NCBI RefSeq assembly: GCF_018350175.1
Contig: NC_058368.1
Span: 179,864,001 to 179,928,000 of the forward strand
Direction of reading: 5' to 3'
Source of the DNA: Felis catus
Lineage: Eukaryota
DNA: 64,000 bases
Shown: positions 48,519 to 60,670 of the stretch, one piece after another
Position numbering within the stretch: position 1 is the first letter of the stretch
Layout: each line of letters starts with the position of its first letter
Translations under genes and position numbers: made by a program
Notes under the pieces: model-generated
What the model was told of the DNA's origin: nothing
The model's database searches: none
The model's input: the letters and a program-made list of their open reading frames with translations, nothing else

Positions 48519-50159
48519 AAAAAGACTGTCTAAGATAAGTGTGGCAAGAGGGCTAAGACACAATGAAGAAAAAGGTTTCTCCAAAAAGTGATTCAGACAT
48601 GAATCTGAATCGGCTAAAGCTATGAACTGCCGCTTTGATCGCTCTAATCCTGACGACAAATGTGCCATCTAACATAAATCTCCCTTGTTCTGAAATCAGG
48701 CTGGAATTATTTAGAAAGGCAATCAGAGGATGGCTAAATGATGGCCACTTCTTATTGCTAGAGTACATGGATATGTTTTCATTATGCTAACAAGACTTGG
48801 TGTGGTGAGAGTGTTTCAAGGAAGAATTTCCTAAGCCCTGCATTTAATTTACATTTTGCAAAACCCCATTTTTAATCAGACTCTTTATTAAAAGCATACT
48901 CATTGGGAGCTAATGGTAAGTTAGAGAAAATAAGTTTAAATCCACAGTGCAGCTGTTCTCCCACGTGCACTAGTTACATTACACCAGCATTTGGAGATTG
49001 TACAGAAACGGGAGAACCTAACAGGACAGCTACTTCAGCTCAGATACTCCATAAATTATTCAAAACGTACGCACTGCGGTCTAACATACATATATCTGCT
49101 ACGTACGTAATAATTATTCCCTCACAAGTGTTTTTAATCATTTGGTATTTAATTACTGCGTGCTATTTGTCTTGGGAAGGCAGTCTGAGATGGGAGTTAG
49201 GGCAGAGAGGAGGCTGGCTTTCATCAAACCAATGGAGAAACCGCTTGATTTTAAACACAGCTTTTTTTGCTTTTGTACCTGGTGCAAAACATTAGGCTGT
49301 ACTCTCTGTTTCCCAGAGTCTAGGATTTTCATTGGTGTTTTCTTTACAAAGGAGGGATGGGGGCTGTGACTTCCCTCCACAGTCTCCCAGGCGGGGCTCC
49401 AGATGCCCTTCTTAAGGAGACAAAGCATAAACTGCATTTTATAAGAGGTTCTATTTGCAGAGGTCATTTTGATCAAGTGTACAGACCCACTTGTTATTAC
49501 CATTTAACTTTGCAACTGTCATGGGATGGTTTAATCCATCATCAATGCATGGCCAAATATGTATGTGTGTAAGCATACGGATATGCATAGGTGGTTATAT
49601 AAATGTGTGCGTTTGTGTCTTTGTGGATAAAAAATTTTCTTTAAACAACCGGAGCAAGCTAATGTAATGGAAATTCTGCTCATTTAGATGTTTTAGTCTT
49701 GAAGTTGATTTTCCTATGACAGGAGAGTAAGTTACATTGAACCTTTCGTCTCATTACCGTGTAAGTAAACAGACCTCATCTATATAGCTAGACCAAATCA
49801 GCCAAAGAGCCAAATACTCTGTGATCCACCATCAAGGGGAGAAAACAATTATTTTAAGAAGCTTGTTTTCAACCCAGATGGTTTGGTTCTGCACAAAATC
49901 ACTTGATTATGTGCTTCTCTCAACTTTGAAACTATGGACCTATCTGTCCATGTTTAACAAGAAAGTAAATGCCACACATTTGTAACAAATTAAGTTAATG
50001 GGTTTAAAGCACGTAGCACAAAGGGGGAAGTGGGACTTCTTTTGGGGTACAACTGGAGAGTATGGCCAAGTCTAGGTAGGCAGGTCTGGAGTCTTGGCTC
50101 AGTGGACTATGAGCTGCAGTCCCTTGGAATGCACTCAAACCCAGACCAGAAACCTGTTT

Positions 50160-50368
50160 GTTTGTTTGTTTGTTTTTATTTGATATTTATTTTTAAGAGA
50201 GAAAGAGCAGGGGAGGGACAAAGAGAAAGGGAGTGAGAGAGAATCCCAAGCAGGCTGCATGCCCAGCACAGAGCCTACTGTGGGGCTCGAACCCACAAAC
50301 CATAAGAACATGACCTGCGCCAAAATCAAGAGTTGGATACTCAATCGACTGAGCCACCCAGGTGCCCC
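50160..50368 (-). mobile_element. Older CanSINE with an (AAAC)n tail
   Basis: AGAGAGAATCCCAAGCAGGCT...AAAATCAAGAGTTGGA...TGAGCCACCCAGGTGCCCC; TSD core CCAGAAACC on both sides. Confidence 0.95.
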
Positions 50369-50517
50369 AGAAACCCGGTTCTGATGCAAGAAAGAGTGAG
50401 TTAGGGGAACCGCCATGATGCAAAGGAAAGCTAAAGGCGTTGTTTTGGGTTTTTTGTGTCTCTTACTTTTTATAATGTCTAAATAAATCTTCAGGCCATA
50501 TTCTCAGAACTCTAGGC

Positions 50518-50902
50518 CAGGGATTACAACTCAAATGCCTTCAAGTAAAGTAATTGAGTGAAGCAGGCAGACATAATAAAATTATTTTTCTATGATGAGA
50601 AAAACAACAATGTAAGTCCAATGACAAATGGCAGTGGACACAGGGACCTTAATGTTAGGAGGCAACAGGGACTTCTGTGGACAAAGCCAAACTCAAAATA
50701 AAAACTGCCTGCACCTTCCAGAGAGGGCTGCTGCCACTAGCTTTATGCCATGGAAGAGAGGGCCTAAGTTGATGGATATTTGGAGTTTTCAAGAGTAGCC
50801 ACAAATTCAGATGTTCATATAAATGTTCCAATTTTAAAATGTTGGCTCAGTTTTATTTTTAAGAACATGCAGTTCAAATCAAACACCAGTTTGCATCATC
50901 TG
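50518..50902. mobile_element. MER102-like hAT-Charlie fossil
   Basis: CAGGGATTACAACTCAAATGCCTTCA...GAGTGAAGCAGGC...TTTTCAAGAGTAGCCACAAATTCAGAT...TTTTAAAATGTTGGCTCA. Confidence 0.7.
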
Positions 50903-51981
50903 TAGGCAAAGGAGGAATCCACAAGAAGTAAAATGATGCCCTAAATATTGGTCCTCTGTGGGAGAACAAGTCAGGGATTATCCCTTGCTATCTAAGGTGC
51001 TATTTATTCACACATACACACGGACATGATGGATGTATGGCTGGAGGACAGACGTCTGTGGGTATATACAGGTGTGCATAGAAAAGCCCTTCGACATATT
51101 GGGAGAAAATGCAAGAACTGGGTATGTACCCTGATGTGGTTCCCATGACACTTCCAATCTGTAAGAGAAGTTGCAAGTCAAGGTAGGGGTTATGTGGGTG
51201 TTGTGAGCATGACTGAGGAGTCTCATACACAGGGTTCGTGAAATGTGTGCCTCTATATAAGAAATAACTGCAGTTCTTCCACGGGTCTTACATGGGAAGC
51301 AATTTTGGTTGAAACAGAGGTTGAATGAACACCTTTATCATTCTTTATGAAATAGGGTAATCAGGTTTGGAAGAATTGCAGTGAACTTTATTACCTGGTT
51401 TGCTGTTTTATATTATTTCAGGCCAAGAAAGATCTGTAATAAGCCATGTTTGCTGGTCTTCTCAATGACTTTTTTATCCTGTTTCTTTGCACGGTTTGTT
51501 ACTCTGATTGTGGGTGTTCCACAATCCCTTGTCATAAGAGGAAGAACTCTCTGGAGCCACCTTAGGAGCAATCCATCAATAGCACTGTGTCCCTTCTTGG
51601 TTTGGCAGTGTGGTCCATGAAAGGTCTGGGATTTGGAGATGCTGTTAATTCAGCCTCTTCTTAGTCTCCTGCCCTCTCCACCACTCATGCTTCTTGACAG
51701 CAGGATTCATTCCCATAGAGTGACATCAGCTTTGCTGGAAAACTGCCCTCAGCCCTCCGCAGACCAAGTCGTGGGCTGCATGCAACACAGGCAGATTAGG
51801 AAGAGAGTTTGGGCAAGAGTGAGAAGGCCAGAAGGAAAAGGTGACTTGACTGTCACTGATGTGACTGACATGGTCACCATTCCTTCCAGCACATTCACAA
51901 GGAATTTAACACAGCCACTCAAAAAATGACTATGCAAATGTGATAATACAGAAGTGCTTACTACAATAAGAAATATATATA

Positions 51982-52169
51982 TTTTAAGCTTATTTATTTT
52001 TGCGAGCGAGCAGGGGAGGGGGCAGAGAAAGGAGAGAGAGAATCCCAAGCAGGCTCTGTGCTGACAGCACAGAGCCCGATGCAGGGCTTAAACTCACGAA
52101 CTGTGAAATCATGATCTGAGCTGAAATCAAGAGTCAGACACTTAACTGACTGAGCCACACAGGTGCCCC
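51982..52169 (-). mobile_element. Older CanSINE
   Basis: AGAATCCCAAGCAGGCTCTGTGCTGACAGCACAGAGCCCGATGCAGGGC...TGAGCCACACAGGTGCCCC; TSD core AAGAAAT on both sides. Confidence 0.95.
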
Positions 52170-52416
52170 AAGAAATTATATGCTAATCTACTTTCAAAAT
52201 AGGCAGTGCATGAAAATGGTTCAAAATTCAAAAGATTCCAGAGGTATACAATGAAAAGTTTTCTTCTCACTTCTATATATGGCCACTCAGGTTGTGATGT
52301 GATGTTAAGTGAAAAAAGAACAGCGTAAAGCCAAACGTTTCTCCTTCTCTTCCCCCCTCCCTCCCTCTCCCTACCCCCTCTCAACATGTATATTTATTTA
52401 TAAATTTATTTGCAAG

Positions 52417-52420
<4 letters not shown>

Positions 52421-52456
<36 letters not shown>
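52421..52456. repeat. (CA)18 microsatellite (inside a probable old L1 3' fragment, about 52290-52600)
   Basis: Repeat read directly; the flank GATGTTAAGTGAAAAAAG is L1M-like. Confidence 0.95.
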
Positions 52457-52458
<2 letters not shown>

Positions 52459-54153
52459 TGTATCCATAGAAGACTGAAAGAAATAAGCAAAATGGTTTCA
52501 GTGGTTGAGAAGGAGGATTATAGATAATTGCTTCTACCTTCCTATATTTTCAAAAGTGTCTTTCTTGTGTGTGTATTACTCTAAGGAAATAATAAGTTTT
52601 TTTGTTTCACATATGATACCATCACTGAAGTCTGTAAAGCAAAATTGGACATGACCGATAATCAGTAAAGAAAGAAAGAAAGGTCACTCATTTCGTTGTA
52701 ACCCAGAACTCTCCATCGATGGTAACTAATGTTTTCCCACACTGCTTTCCTGGCCTCTTTGCATTTACATGATCGTACTTGAACACTGCTGGATAACTGG
52801 CCTTCTGATTAGCACAATATTCAGGATATCTTTTCTGTTACTTACACAAGAGAAAAATTACCCGAAGGAAGAATGTTGCATGTACACTCAGACAGGTGGA
52901 AAAGCTGTGGGTAAATTTGCACCCTGATAAACCAGCAACAGAGACGAGGAAAAGGACAGTGGTCAGTTGTGTTCTAGTGATTCCCCCATTGGGTATGAGG
53001 TCCTAGCACCAGACTGCCCTCCTCACAGCCGTGGTGTTCTGCAAGGACATGGGGCTCGGCGGAACAGAGAGCCTGGCATCAGCTGCTTGGAGCACAGAGA
53101 CTTAAAATAGTTGCTGAGAAAGTATAAAAAAAAATCCCTCCCTTGATCCCAGGGACAGTAAAAGGGGGCTCTGAATGTATAATCATTCACTTTAATGTTA
53201 ACTTTCAAGTACGCATAAATAATCTATGAATACTTTACTATAAACATTACAATACAGAAATACCAAAATTATAAAGTATATGGTTTGGGCCATGTATTTT
53301 TTCTTTTCCTCTATTTTATTATTGAAAAAAAATGTAGATTATTCCCCTTAATTCTTATCTCCCAATCCCACTCCTCACTGGAGAGAGAACCATTTGGGAT
53401 CTAGGCAGAACTTTTCTGAATGTTGGATTTGCATCCAAACCTATAATCACACACAGATACATAATGAATGGATGCTTTTTTTTTTAATTAAACTTAAACT
53501 CTGTTTTTTTATCCTCATGGGCTCTAAATCTCACTTATTCTAAAGCTCTTTTCCAAAGCAATAATGTTTCCCACATATGAATCACCAAATGCTAAATGTG
53601 CTCTTCTCAGCAAATGCAATTCATTTGAGAATAACTCCCAATAAATTGCCTGTGATGTTTCTTTATTGCTGGAGACAATGGACAACGCCACGGCAACGAG
53701 GGGTGCACACCAAACCAGTCATTAGTTTTAATGTGGTCTGGCAGTTTTAATCCTTTCTGTATTTTTAAGTGTAATAGCATGGTGTGCTGTGTTAAGATAT
53801 TTTTTTTTCATTCTTTTCTTTCTTGAACAGTAAAATACAGAGGGAAGGTGGGGAGGAGAATGTGATATTTTCCTTACAAGAAAACACACTGCCTACCCCA
53901 TTTCTGCAGACTCTGAGCGATGTGGGGCAGAAATTAGGACTTGCTGGTAGTTAGGGTTCCGGGCTTGCTGTTTCCAGCATGCCCACTCAGTCCTCTCTCA
54001 CAGGACCTTATATTTCTTTAGCTCCAATCCCCTCTGAATGCTTTGCTGCCTAACACTCAAAGCCTCAGCCCAGAACTTAACCAAGAAACTAACTTCCATA
54101 CGCAAGTTTGTGCTACGTGATGTGGGATGTCAGTTAAAATCTTTTCAAAAGAT

Positions 54154-54360
54154 GGGGTGCCTGGGTGGCTCAGTTGGTTAAGCGTCTAACTTTGGTCTAG
54201 GTCATGATATCGCGATTTGTGAATTAGAGTCCCGTGTTGGGCTCTGTGCTGACAGCTCGGAGCTTAGAGCCTGCTTCAGATTCTGTCTCCCTCTCTCTCT
54301 GCCCCGCTCTGCTCATGTTCTGTCTCTCAAAAATAAATAAATGTTAAAAAAACTTTTTTT
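54154..54360 (+). mobile_element. CanSINE (SINEC_Fc type)
   Basis: Full body. TSD AATCTTTTCAAAAGA at 54138-54152 and 54361-54375. Confidence 0.96.
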
Positions 54361-54669
54361 AATCTTTTCAAAAGAGAGTGCCTCTTCAAATTCTGTTCTA
54401 TCCCCATCACGTCATCACAAATGCTAAGCTTCAGTGTGACCCCAATAAATGAAAGATGTTGAAATAAAATAGTATTTAACTCCAGAATATTTGGCAATAT
54501 TAAACCAGGAAAATGCCATCTTCTTTCCGAGTCAAAAGGTCTAGACCTCATCTCCATGTTCATGGGTACCAAAGTCTGTCCTCCTTTCTAACTGTGATAC
54601 AAGAAGAAGTGGGGGCACGAGACGGATGGGATTAACCAGGCCCCTCCAAGTAACTGTTGGAGTTTCACA

Positions 54670-54860
54670 AGGGCAGGACAAGGCTCTGGAGTCAGACATG
54701 TTCAATCCCAACCTCTTCTTGCCTTGTGCCCCTGGGCAAGTTGCCCAGTACTTGTCCTTTGGTCTCCTTAACATGTACGATTAGAACAGTGGTATTTGTC
54801 TCAGCATTTTGGAAGTGGAAGTAGACACATAGTAGGTCCTTATCAAGTAAATGTTCATCT
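54670..54860 (+). mobile_element. MIR SINE
   Basis: GGCTCTGGAGTCAGAC...TTCAATCCCAACCTCT...CCCTGGGCAAGTTGC...ACACATAGTAGGTCC. Confidence 0.75.
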
Positions 54861-56955
54861 CTCTGCAGTAAGTGCAGACATAAGCTAGGACTCCAAGTAT
54901 TTCCTGGTGCTCTGTGGCTACATCCCTGTTGGGGAGCAGAGTTTGGAAATCTCTTCTTTTTAAAGAAAGTTGTGAGATTAGAACACTGAGGGACCCCAGG
55001 ATTATCTAGAACTTCTGTGCCAGCCCAGGGCACCCTTGTGCTACCAAAACTATGGCACCAAGGAACTGCCCTCTCCCAGAGATCAGAGATGTGACCCCTT
55101 TCGCTATGGGTTCTTCTAATTATGCACATGTGTCTATCTGAATGTATTATCTCCATAGCAATTCACCCTCCTGCCATTATGCCTGCCCCCAGAGCTGGAA
55201 TTAGCATTTTGCAGAGATGTCTGGGAGTTTTTCCTGCATTCTCCTGATAGGAAAGAGAAATTGAAACCTATGCCAAAATGCTTGAAAGAATACTAGCAAC
55301 GGATAAGGGCTAGTTAAGCATGTGCAAGGTGTTTTTATCACGATTACTATTTCTAAAGTAAAGTTTGCTGGATTAGCCCCCCAGGGGAAGTAAGGGTCAG
55401 AATGTTTAAAGTTTCATAGCTTTCCTCTCTGAGGGGAGCTCTGATTCACTGCTGTGAATATACACAGACTGATTAGCAGAAATGGAGCATCAGGCAATTT
55501 GGGGTTTTTTTTCCCTTCCCTATTCAGCTTCTCACTAATCTCCCCCTCCAAGCAACCCTAGCAGGACAGGCCTGGAGGGAAGTGAAATGCATTTTTTTTT
55601 TCTTACCTAGAACATGTAGCCCCCAAGTCAGTCAACTGTAAGCAAGTGTAGATGAGGTCAGACTTTGAGTCTTCATGGAGTACAGTCTTCCCGCTCTGAA
55701 CGTTTGTACGCTTCTGGAAATGGAGCGCGAGGAACAGAGTTCTGGAAGCAGGCGTGATGGGGCCTTGGTGGTAGCCCTCTCTCCTGAGTTCTCCGACAAG
55801 GCTTTGATCCTCGTGCCTCAGCTTGGAAGCAGTTGGTAATGCTCAAAACCTGTCAAAGCACCCTGGGTTATTGGGGGTGCAACAAAGCCTGGCTCCCCAT
55901 CACCTCACCACCTCAGTCAGAGAAGATCCAGTGTGAGCTATTTTGTACTTCAGGGCACTACGGAAATCATTCATTGGACAAAACAATTCTGCATGTAAAT
56001 AGCAGTTTAAAACCCACTGAACTGCTTAAGGCATGCTGGAAGGCACCACCGTGACTCTGATATTCATGGAGAGTAGGGAGGGTTAGATAGTAGGGGTGGG
56101 GTCAAGGGCAATGACAAGAGGTGAAGAGGGGAGAGAGGTGGGTGGGGACCTTGAGGACCAGCAAGAGAGTGACATGCCTCAGGCATGCCCACACAGCAGG
56201 GATGACCCAAATGCCCTTTGACCCCCAAGTCGTTTATTCTATGCCCCCCACAAGTGCCACCTTTTTGCCTGGGAAGCTAGAATAAAGCAAGGGATTTGAG
56301 GATCCTGCCCTAGCTTTCTGTGACATTGGGGTTATGGGGCAAAGCCTCAGCTCTCTGGTCTGGAGGACAGGACCCAGCATCCCCCTCTAATGAAGTGCTG
56401 AGGTGAGATAGATTTATAACCCATCAGAAAATGCCAAAGCATGCTGGGGTTCCTGGGGCACCAGGTTCACACCCCGCCCCCCCCCCCCCCCCAGGGAGCC
56501 CAGCTGCTTTTGAGTTCTTTATCCTTGCATCTGCCACCCCTCCCTTCCATGTGTGTAGACTTGGGGCATGTTCCTCCCTGCAGAGCTGAGTGAGGAAGAG
56601 GCTCAGGGTGACAGAGTGTCTGTGGCTTCTTAAGTGAAAATCCACATGTAAATGTGAATTCGTTAAAGTATCAGTTATTTTTTAATGCAAGAGCATAAAG
56701 AAGACCTATTCCTGTTGGTCTGCTTGTTTAGTTTTGAAAGTCTCACCAGCATTCATGAAGAACTGTCCCCTCCCTGCTTAGTACTCTCAGTGGCTCTTGT
56801 CCTGAGACCCCTGTCCAAACCTGATCCCATCTGCCAGCACCTCCTCTCCTCCCCACCAGTTTCCACTCTGCCACACCCTGCCCTCACCCCATTCTGGCCA
56901 CTGTCCTTGGTCAGCTTCTCAAGCCACGCCATCCCCCTCCCAGCATGCTCTACAC

Positions 56956-57136
56956 CAGTGGTTCTCAACCACGGGCATGGGCCAGCATCATCTGAAGGCT
57001 TGTTTAAAACTCAGGTGGCTGAGATGTACTCCTGGGACTTTGTTTAGATCTCAACTATGGACTGTTAATTTTGTTATGTGTAATAATGCCTGATGGTTAA
57101 ACTTAAAGTCCTTATTGATTAGAATTGCATACTGGA

Positions 57137-57185
<49 letters not shown>

Positions 57186-57510
57186 TATGTGTAAAATGAG
57201 TTGATGTCTGAGATTTGCTTTGAAACTACTCCAGAAAGAAAAAACAGTGTGTACATGGAAGGAGGGGGTGGGGAAAGAAGAAATAAAATTTGCAAAATAT
57301 TGATAATTGTTCAAGTTAATGCTTATTATACTGTTCTCTCTACTTTTGTGTCTGTTTTTAAATTTCTCCTAAAGCACCCAAGTGGCTTTTCAATACCCCC
57401 AGAGTTTCTATTTTAGTATGTCTAGGATTGCATTCGAGAATTTGCATTTGTAATAGTTTCCAGAGGATACTAATGCTGCCGGTCTGGAGACTGCACTTTG
57501 AGAACCACTG
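56956..57510. mobile_element. MER5A with perfect 13-bp TIRs, split by an L1 fragment
   Basis: CAGTGGTTCTCAA (56956-56968) and TTGAGAACCACTG (57498-57510); internal GAGAATTTGCATTT...GATACTAATGCTGCCGGTCTGGAGACTGCACTTTG. Confidence 0.88.
57021..57372 (+). mobile_element. Ancient LINE-1 extreme 3' end (L1MC-like) containing (AC)22 at 57139-57182
   Basis: GATGTCTGAGATTTGCTTTGAAA...AAAATATTGATAATTGTT...TTATACTGTTCTCTCTACTTTTGTG. Confidence 0.8.
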
Positions 57511-58668
57511 CACTGTTTCCTTTGCATGATTCCTGCTCATCCATTTGAATTTCACTTCCCCTGGCTGCCTAGTATGGATTGAGCACTCTTATTATACATG
57601 TTCTATCACGTAAGCATCTTCTACTTCTTCATAGCATCTAGCCGAATTATAAATGTCCATCTGTACAATTGTTTGCTTGTGTTTGTCTTCCCTATAATTC
57701 TATGAACTCTGTGAGCAAAGATCCTGTTCATCACCTATCCCCTGTGCCTAGTATGTAATAGCTGCTCAATAAATGTTTGGCAGGTGGATGAATCTAGAAA
57801 GAGGCAGGCAGAGCATTAGGAACGCTGTTCAGATGTTGCAGAGAGATAACAGAGGGGAGAGGGCACCTGCCCAGTTAGCCAGATCAGCCAGGTGCTCCCT
57901 GGCAACCAGGGAAATGACAGACCTCCCTGACATCCTGCCCTTTTTATATTAAACAGAAACAACACATGTGGAAGGCAAGAGCCTTCTCCACAGAATCTGG
58001 GTCCTGCGTTCTTGCCCCAGGCTCTGTGACATTGGGCAGACCCTTTCTCTCTTGGGGCTCCAGTTTGCCATCTGTAAATCAAGAAGCTTCAATCTTATAG
58101 CTCTAAAATTTGTTGAGAATCAACATTGCTCATTCTGAGCAAAGAGGCTTTATTCTGAATAATAATATCCAATAATGGTTGGGGTGTTTGGTTCTTTTCC
58201 CTAAGTTGGCCAGCTCATGTCAGCAAAGGGAATCAAATGAGGAGGACCGGCTGGCTCTTGCTGCCCTCCCTGGGAACTGGCAGGGCATTGGCTGTGAAAG
58301 GGTGAGAGGCCACAGATACAGCCCTCCTACACCAGAGCCTCAGAGGAATCAGGGTGCACGAACGTTTGAGGGGTACCCACTTCCTCCTTCTTGTCATTCT
58401 GCTTTATTGAGGGCAGCGTTCCAACCGGTGGCCTGGCTTAGGTTTCAGGACTTGTGTATTTCGAATCAATGCTCCAGAATAATTTATATTTTTCCTTTTC
58501 TTTCTTTTTCTTTTTTTTTTTTTTTTTTTTTTTGCAATCACAGTTTTCGATAGTAACTCTGAACCTCCATTGTAAAACATACAGCTTTGCTCATTCTGCC
58601 TGGGACTTACCTGGAGGAATCCACTACAGCAGTAAAAATGCTCCCTATCATTCAAGTGTCTCGCCTTC

Positions 58669-58670
<2 letters not shown>

Positions 58671-58702
<32 letters not shown>
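58671..58702. repeat. (TG)16 microsatellite
   Basis: Read directly. Confidence 0.97.
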
Positions 58703-58704
<2 letters not shown>

Positions 58705-60409
58705 TGTCTAGAAGGCCTCTTTGTTTTCTATCTTTGGGGACACAGACTACAGTTATATACAGAAATAAATTGATTAGGAAAGCTGAAGCCAAACAAGCAT
58801 AAGAAGAGAGAAGCAAGAATCTTGGCTTGCTTTTGCCACATTATTTAGTTAGAGAAAATAGGCTTTTAGCCTAGCTTTTACATAGGAGATTAAGAATACT
58901 TTTACCCAGATGTTTTGATGTTCTGGTAATAGCCTTCTCAGTAATCATGCCTTTTAACCCCATGCCCTGTTTGGGGTTTTGTTTGTCAAGGAAGAGGGTA
59001 TGCTTCCCTCTCTGCGGGTGTACCAAGGAGGTCCAGCTGCAGACGACTGAAAAAGCAAGCTGCAGAGGACCAGAAGAAAGTGAGGGCGTTCGCAGGTTCA
59101 ATGGTGTGAAGCTTAGAAAAGTTGATAAGAAGGATTAGAATTGAAAAATGAAAAAGACTCTTAAAAAACCAATTCATTATAGGGTCCATTACTTTATATA
59201 TATCGTCCAAAATCACATGAATAAAGGGGAAAGAAAAGACGGGAGGAAAAAAACTGGCTTCAGTTCAGAACGTCAATTTTGTCTTTTTTTAATCCTCTTT
59301 TGACAATTTATTTGACATTTTGAACAGTGGCCAGAAAAGCTATTATAACTATAAAACATATTCATTGGTATAAATCTCATTAGGTTGGGTGATTTAATTA
59401 AAGTATTGACGTGCTTAATTGATACGTGTAAGCCAAGACCATTTTCATATCTCATTTCCATATGCTTTCTGCTTTAAGAGAATCAAGGAGCTGGAACTTT
59501 AAAAAAAAAAAAAAAAACTCCCTCCATAAAAAATGCTATAGATTCATCAGTGCCTGACATCCCAGGGGACCACTTCCTGCCACTCTTCTTGATTCTGAGC
59601 CAACTACTCCTCTAAGTGGCGCTGCTCAGAGGGAAGGTGATGTATACCCAGCTTGAGTGCCTGTCAGGCCCTCTTATGATCAATAGGAGAATATTTATAT
59701 TAATAAAGCACCAAGTTAATTAAATAAAATGGTCCTCTGGGTAAACTTAAGATACTAGAGGATGGGCAGGGATCGATATATTCTGCCATTTGAACATTAA
59801 GTATGTGCCTTGAAATTTTATGGAGCTTTTAAAAACTCGCTTTGTAATGTAAAAAGTTTGAAACCTTCACAAGTTTCCTCTGCCAGAACCTCTAGTGCCT
59901 GCCTTCTGGAGCTGAGGGAGGCAGGGACTGGGGCAGTTTGTTAGAGATGGGAGCTCTAGGAGACCTTGCCCTGGGTAGCTCCCCTCCTTGTGCGGGGCTG
60001 GTCTCCCAGACAAGGTTTGGGAGGGGGTGGAGGCCTGAGCTCAGTGCAGGGTCCAGACAGTGAGGATGGCACTTCCTGGTCTCCAGAGCAGTCTCCTAAG
60101 TCAGATGTGAGAGAGGCCTTGGATCCCCTCCCCTTCTTGGTGCCCTCATCCTGAGAAAGCCCAAACACGATGGATCCTTTGCAGAGGAATCTCTGTGGGC
60201 CAGCCTCACAACCCCCTGGCCAGGTTCCACCTGATCTTTGCCTCTTGCTTTCCTCTGCCCCTTGTCCTCTCAACCCGGCTCTTTCTGTGTGTCTCTTTTG
60301 TGTGTGTGAACCTGTCTGCACCCTGTTTCCCTTGTCTCACATTTGTGCTTCTTTCTCTGTGTGTCTCTGCCTTTCATGGTCACTTCTGGGAAATAACTCT
60401 GTGCATGTG

Positions 60410-60592
60410 TGTTTCTCTTTGACTTTCGCTTTTCTTTGTTTTCTCTAGTTTTATTCTCTGTTTCACTGTGTCAGTCTCTCTTCCTCTTTGTTTTTGTGTC
60501 TCTGCCCATTTTTCCCTCTCTCCTTCTCCATTGCTCATGCTCTCTCTCTCCGTCCCTCTGTCTGTCTCTCTCTCTCTCTGCCCCTCTGTCTG

Positions 60593-60651
<59 letters not shown>

Positions 60652-60670
60652 TATCTCTGTCCCTCTCTGC
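60410..60670. repeat. Pyrimidine-rich tract with (TC)25 at 60599-60648
   Basis: Read directly. Confidence 0.93.

Larger units (their letters stand above)
56800..57793 (+). mobile_element. LINE-2 3' fragment hosting nested insertions
   Basis: Pyrimidine-rich L2-like flanks on both sides of MER5A; ends TATGAACTCTGTGAG...CCCCTGTGCCTAG...GCTCAATAAATGTTTG...GATGAAT. Confidence 0.7.

Noticed and set aside
1523..54360. tRNA-like A/B boxes as tRNA genes
   Set aside because: All belong to tRNA-derived CanSINE heads followed by CT tracts and A tails.
5292..57372. Inferring the host gene strand from L1 orientation bias
   Set aside because: L1 fragments occur on both strands in similar numbers, so there is no usable signal.
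59606..59625. CTCF-like CCTCTAAGTGGCGCTG
   Set aside because: It lacks the near-invariant G of the core AG; too weak to call without ChIP data.
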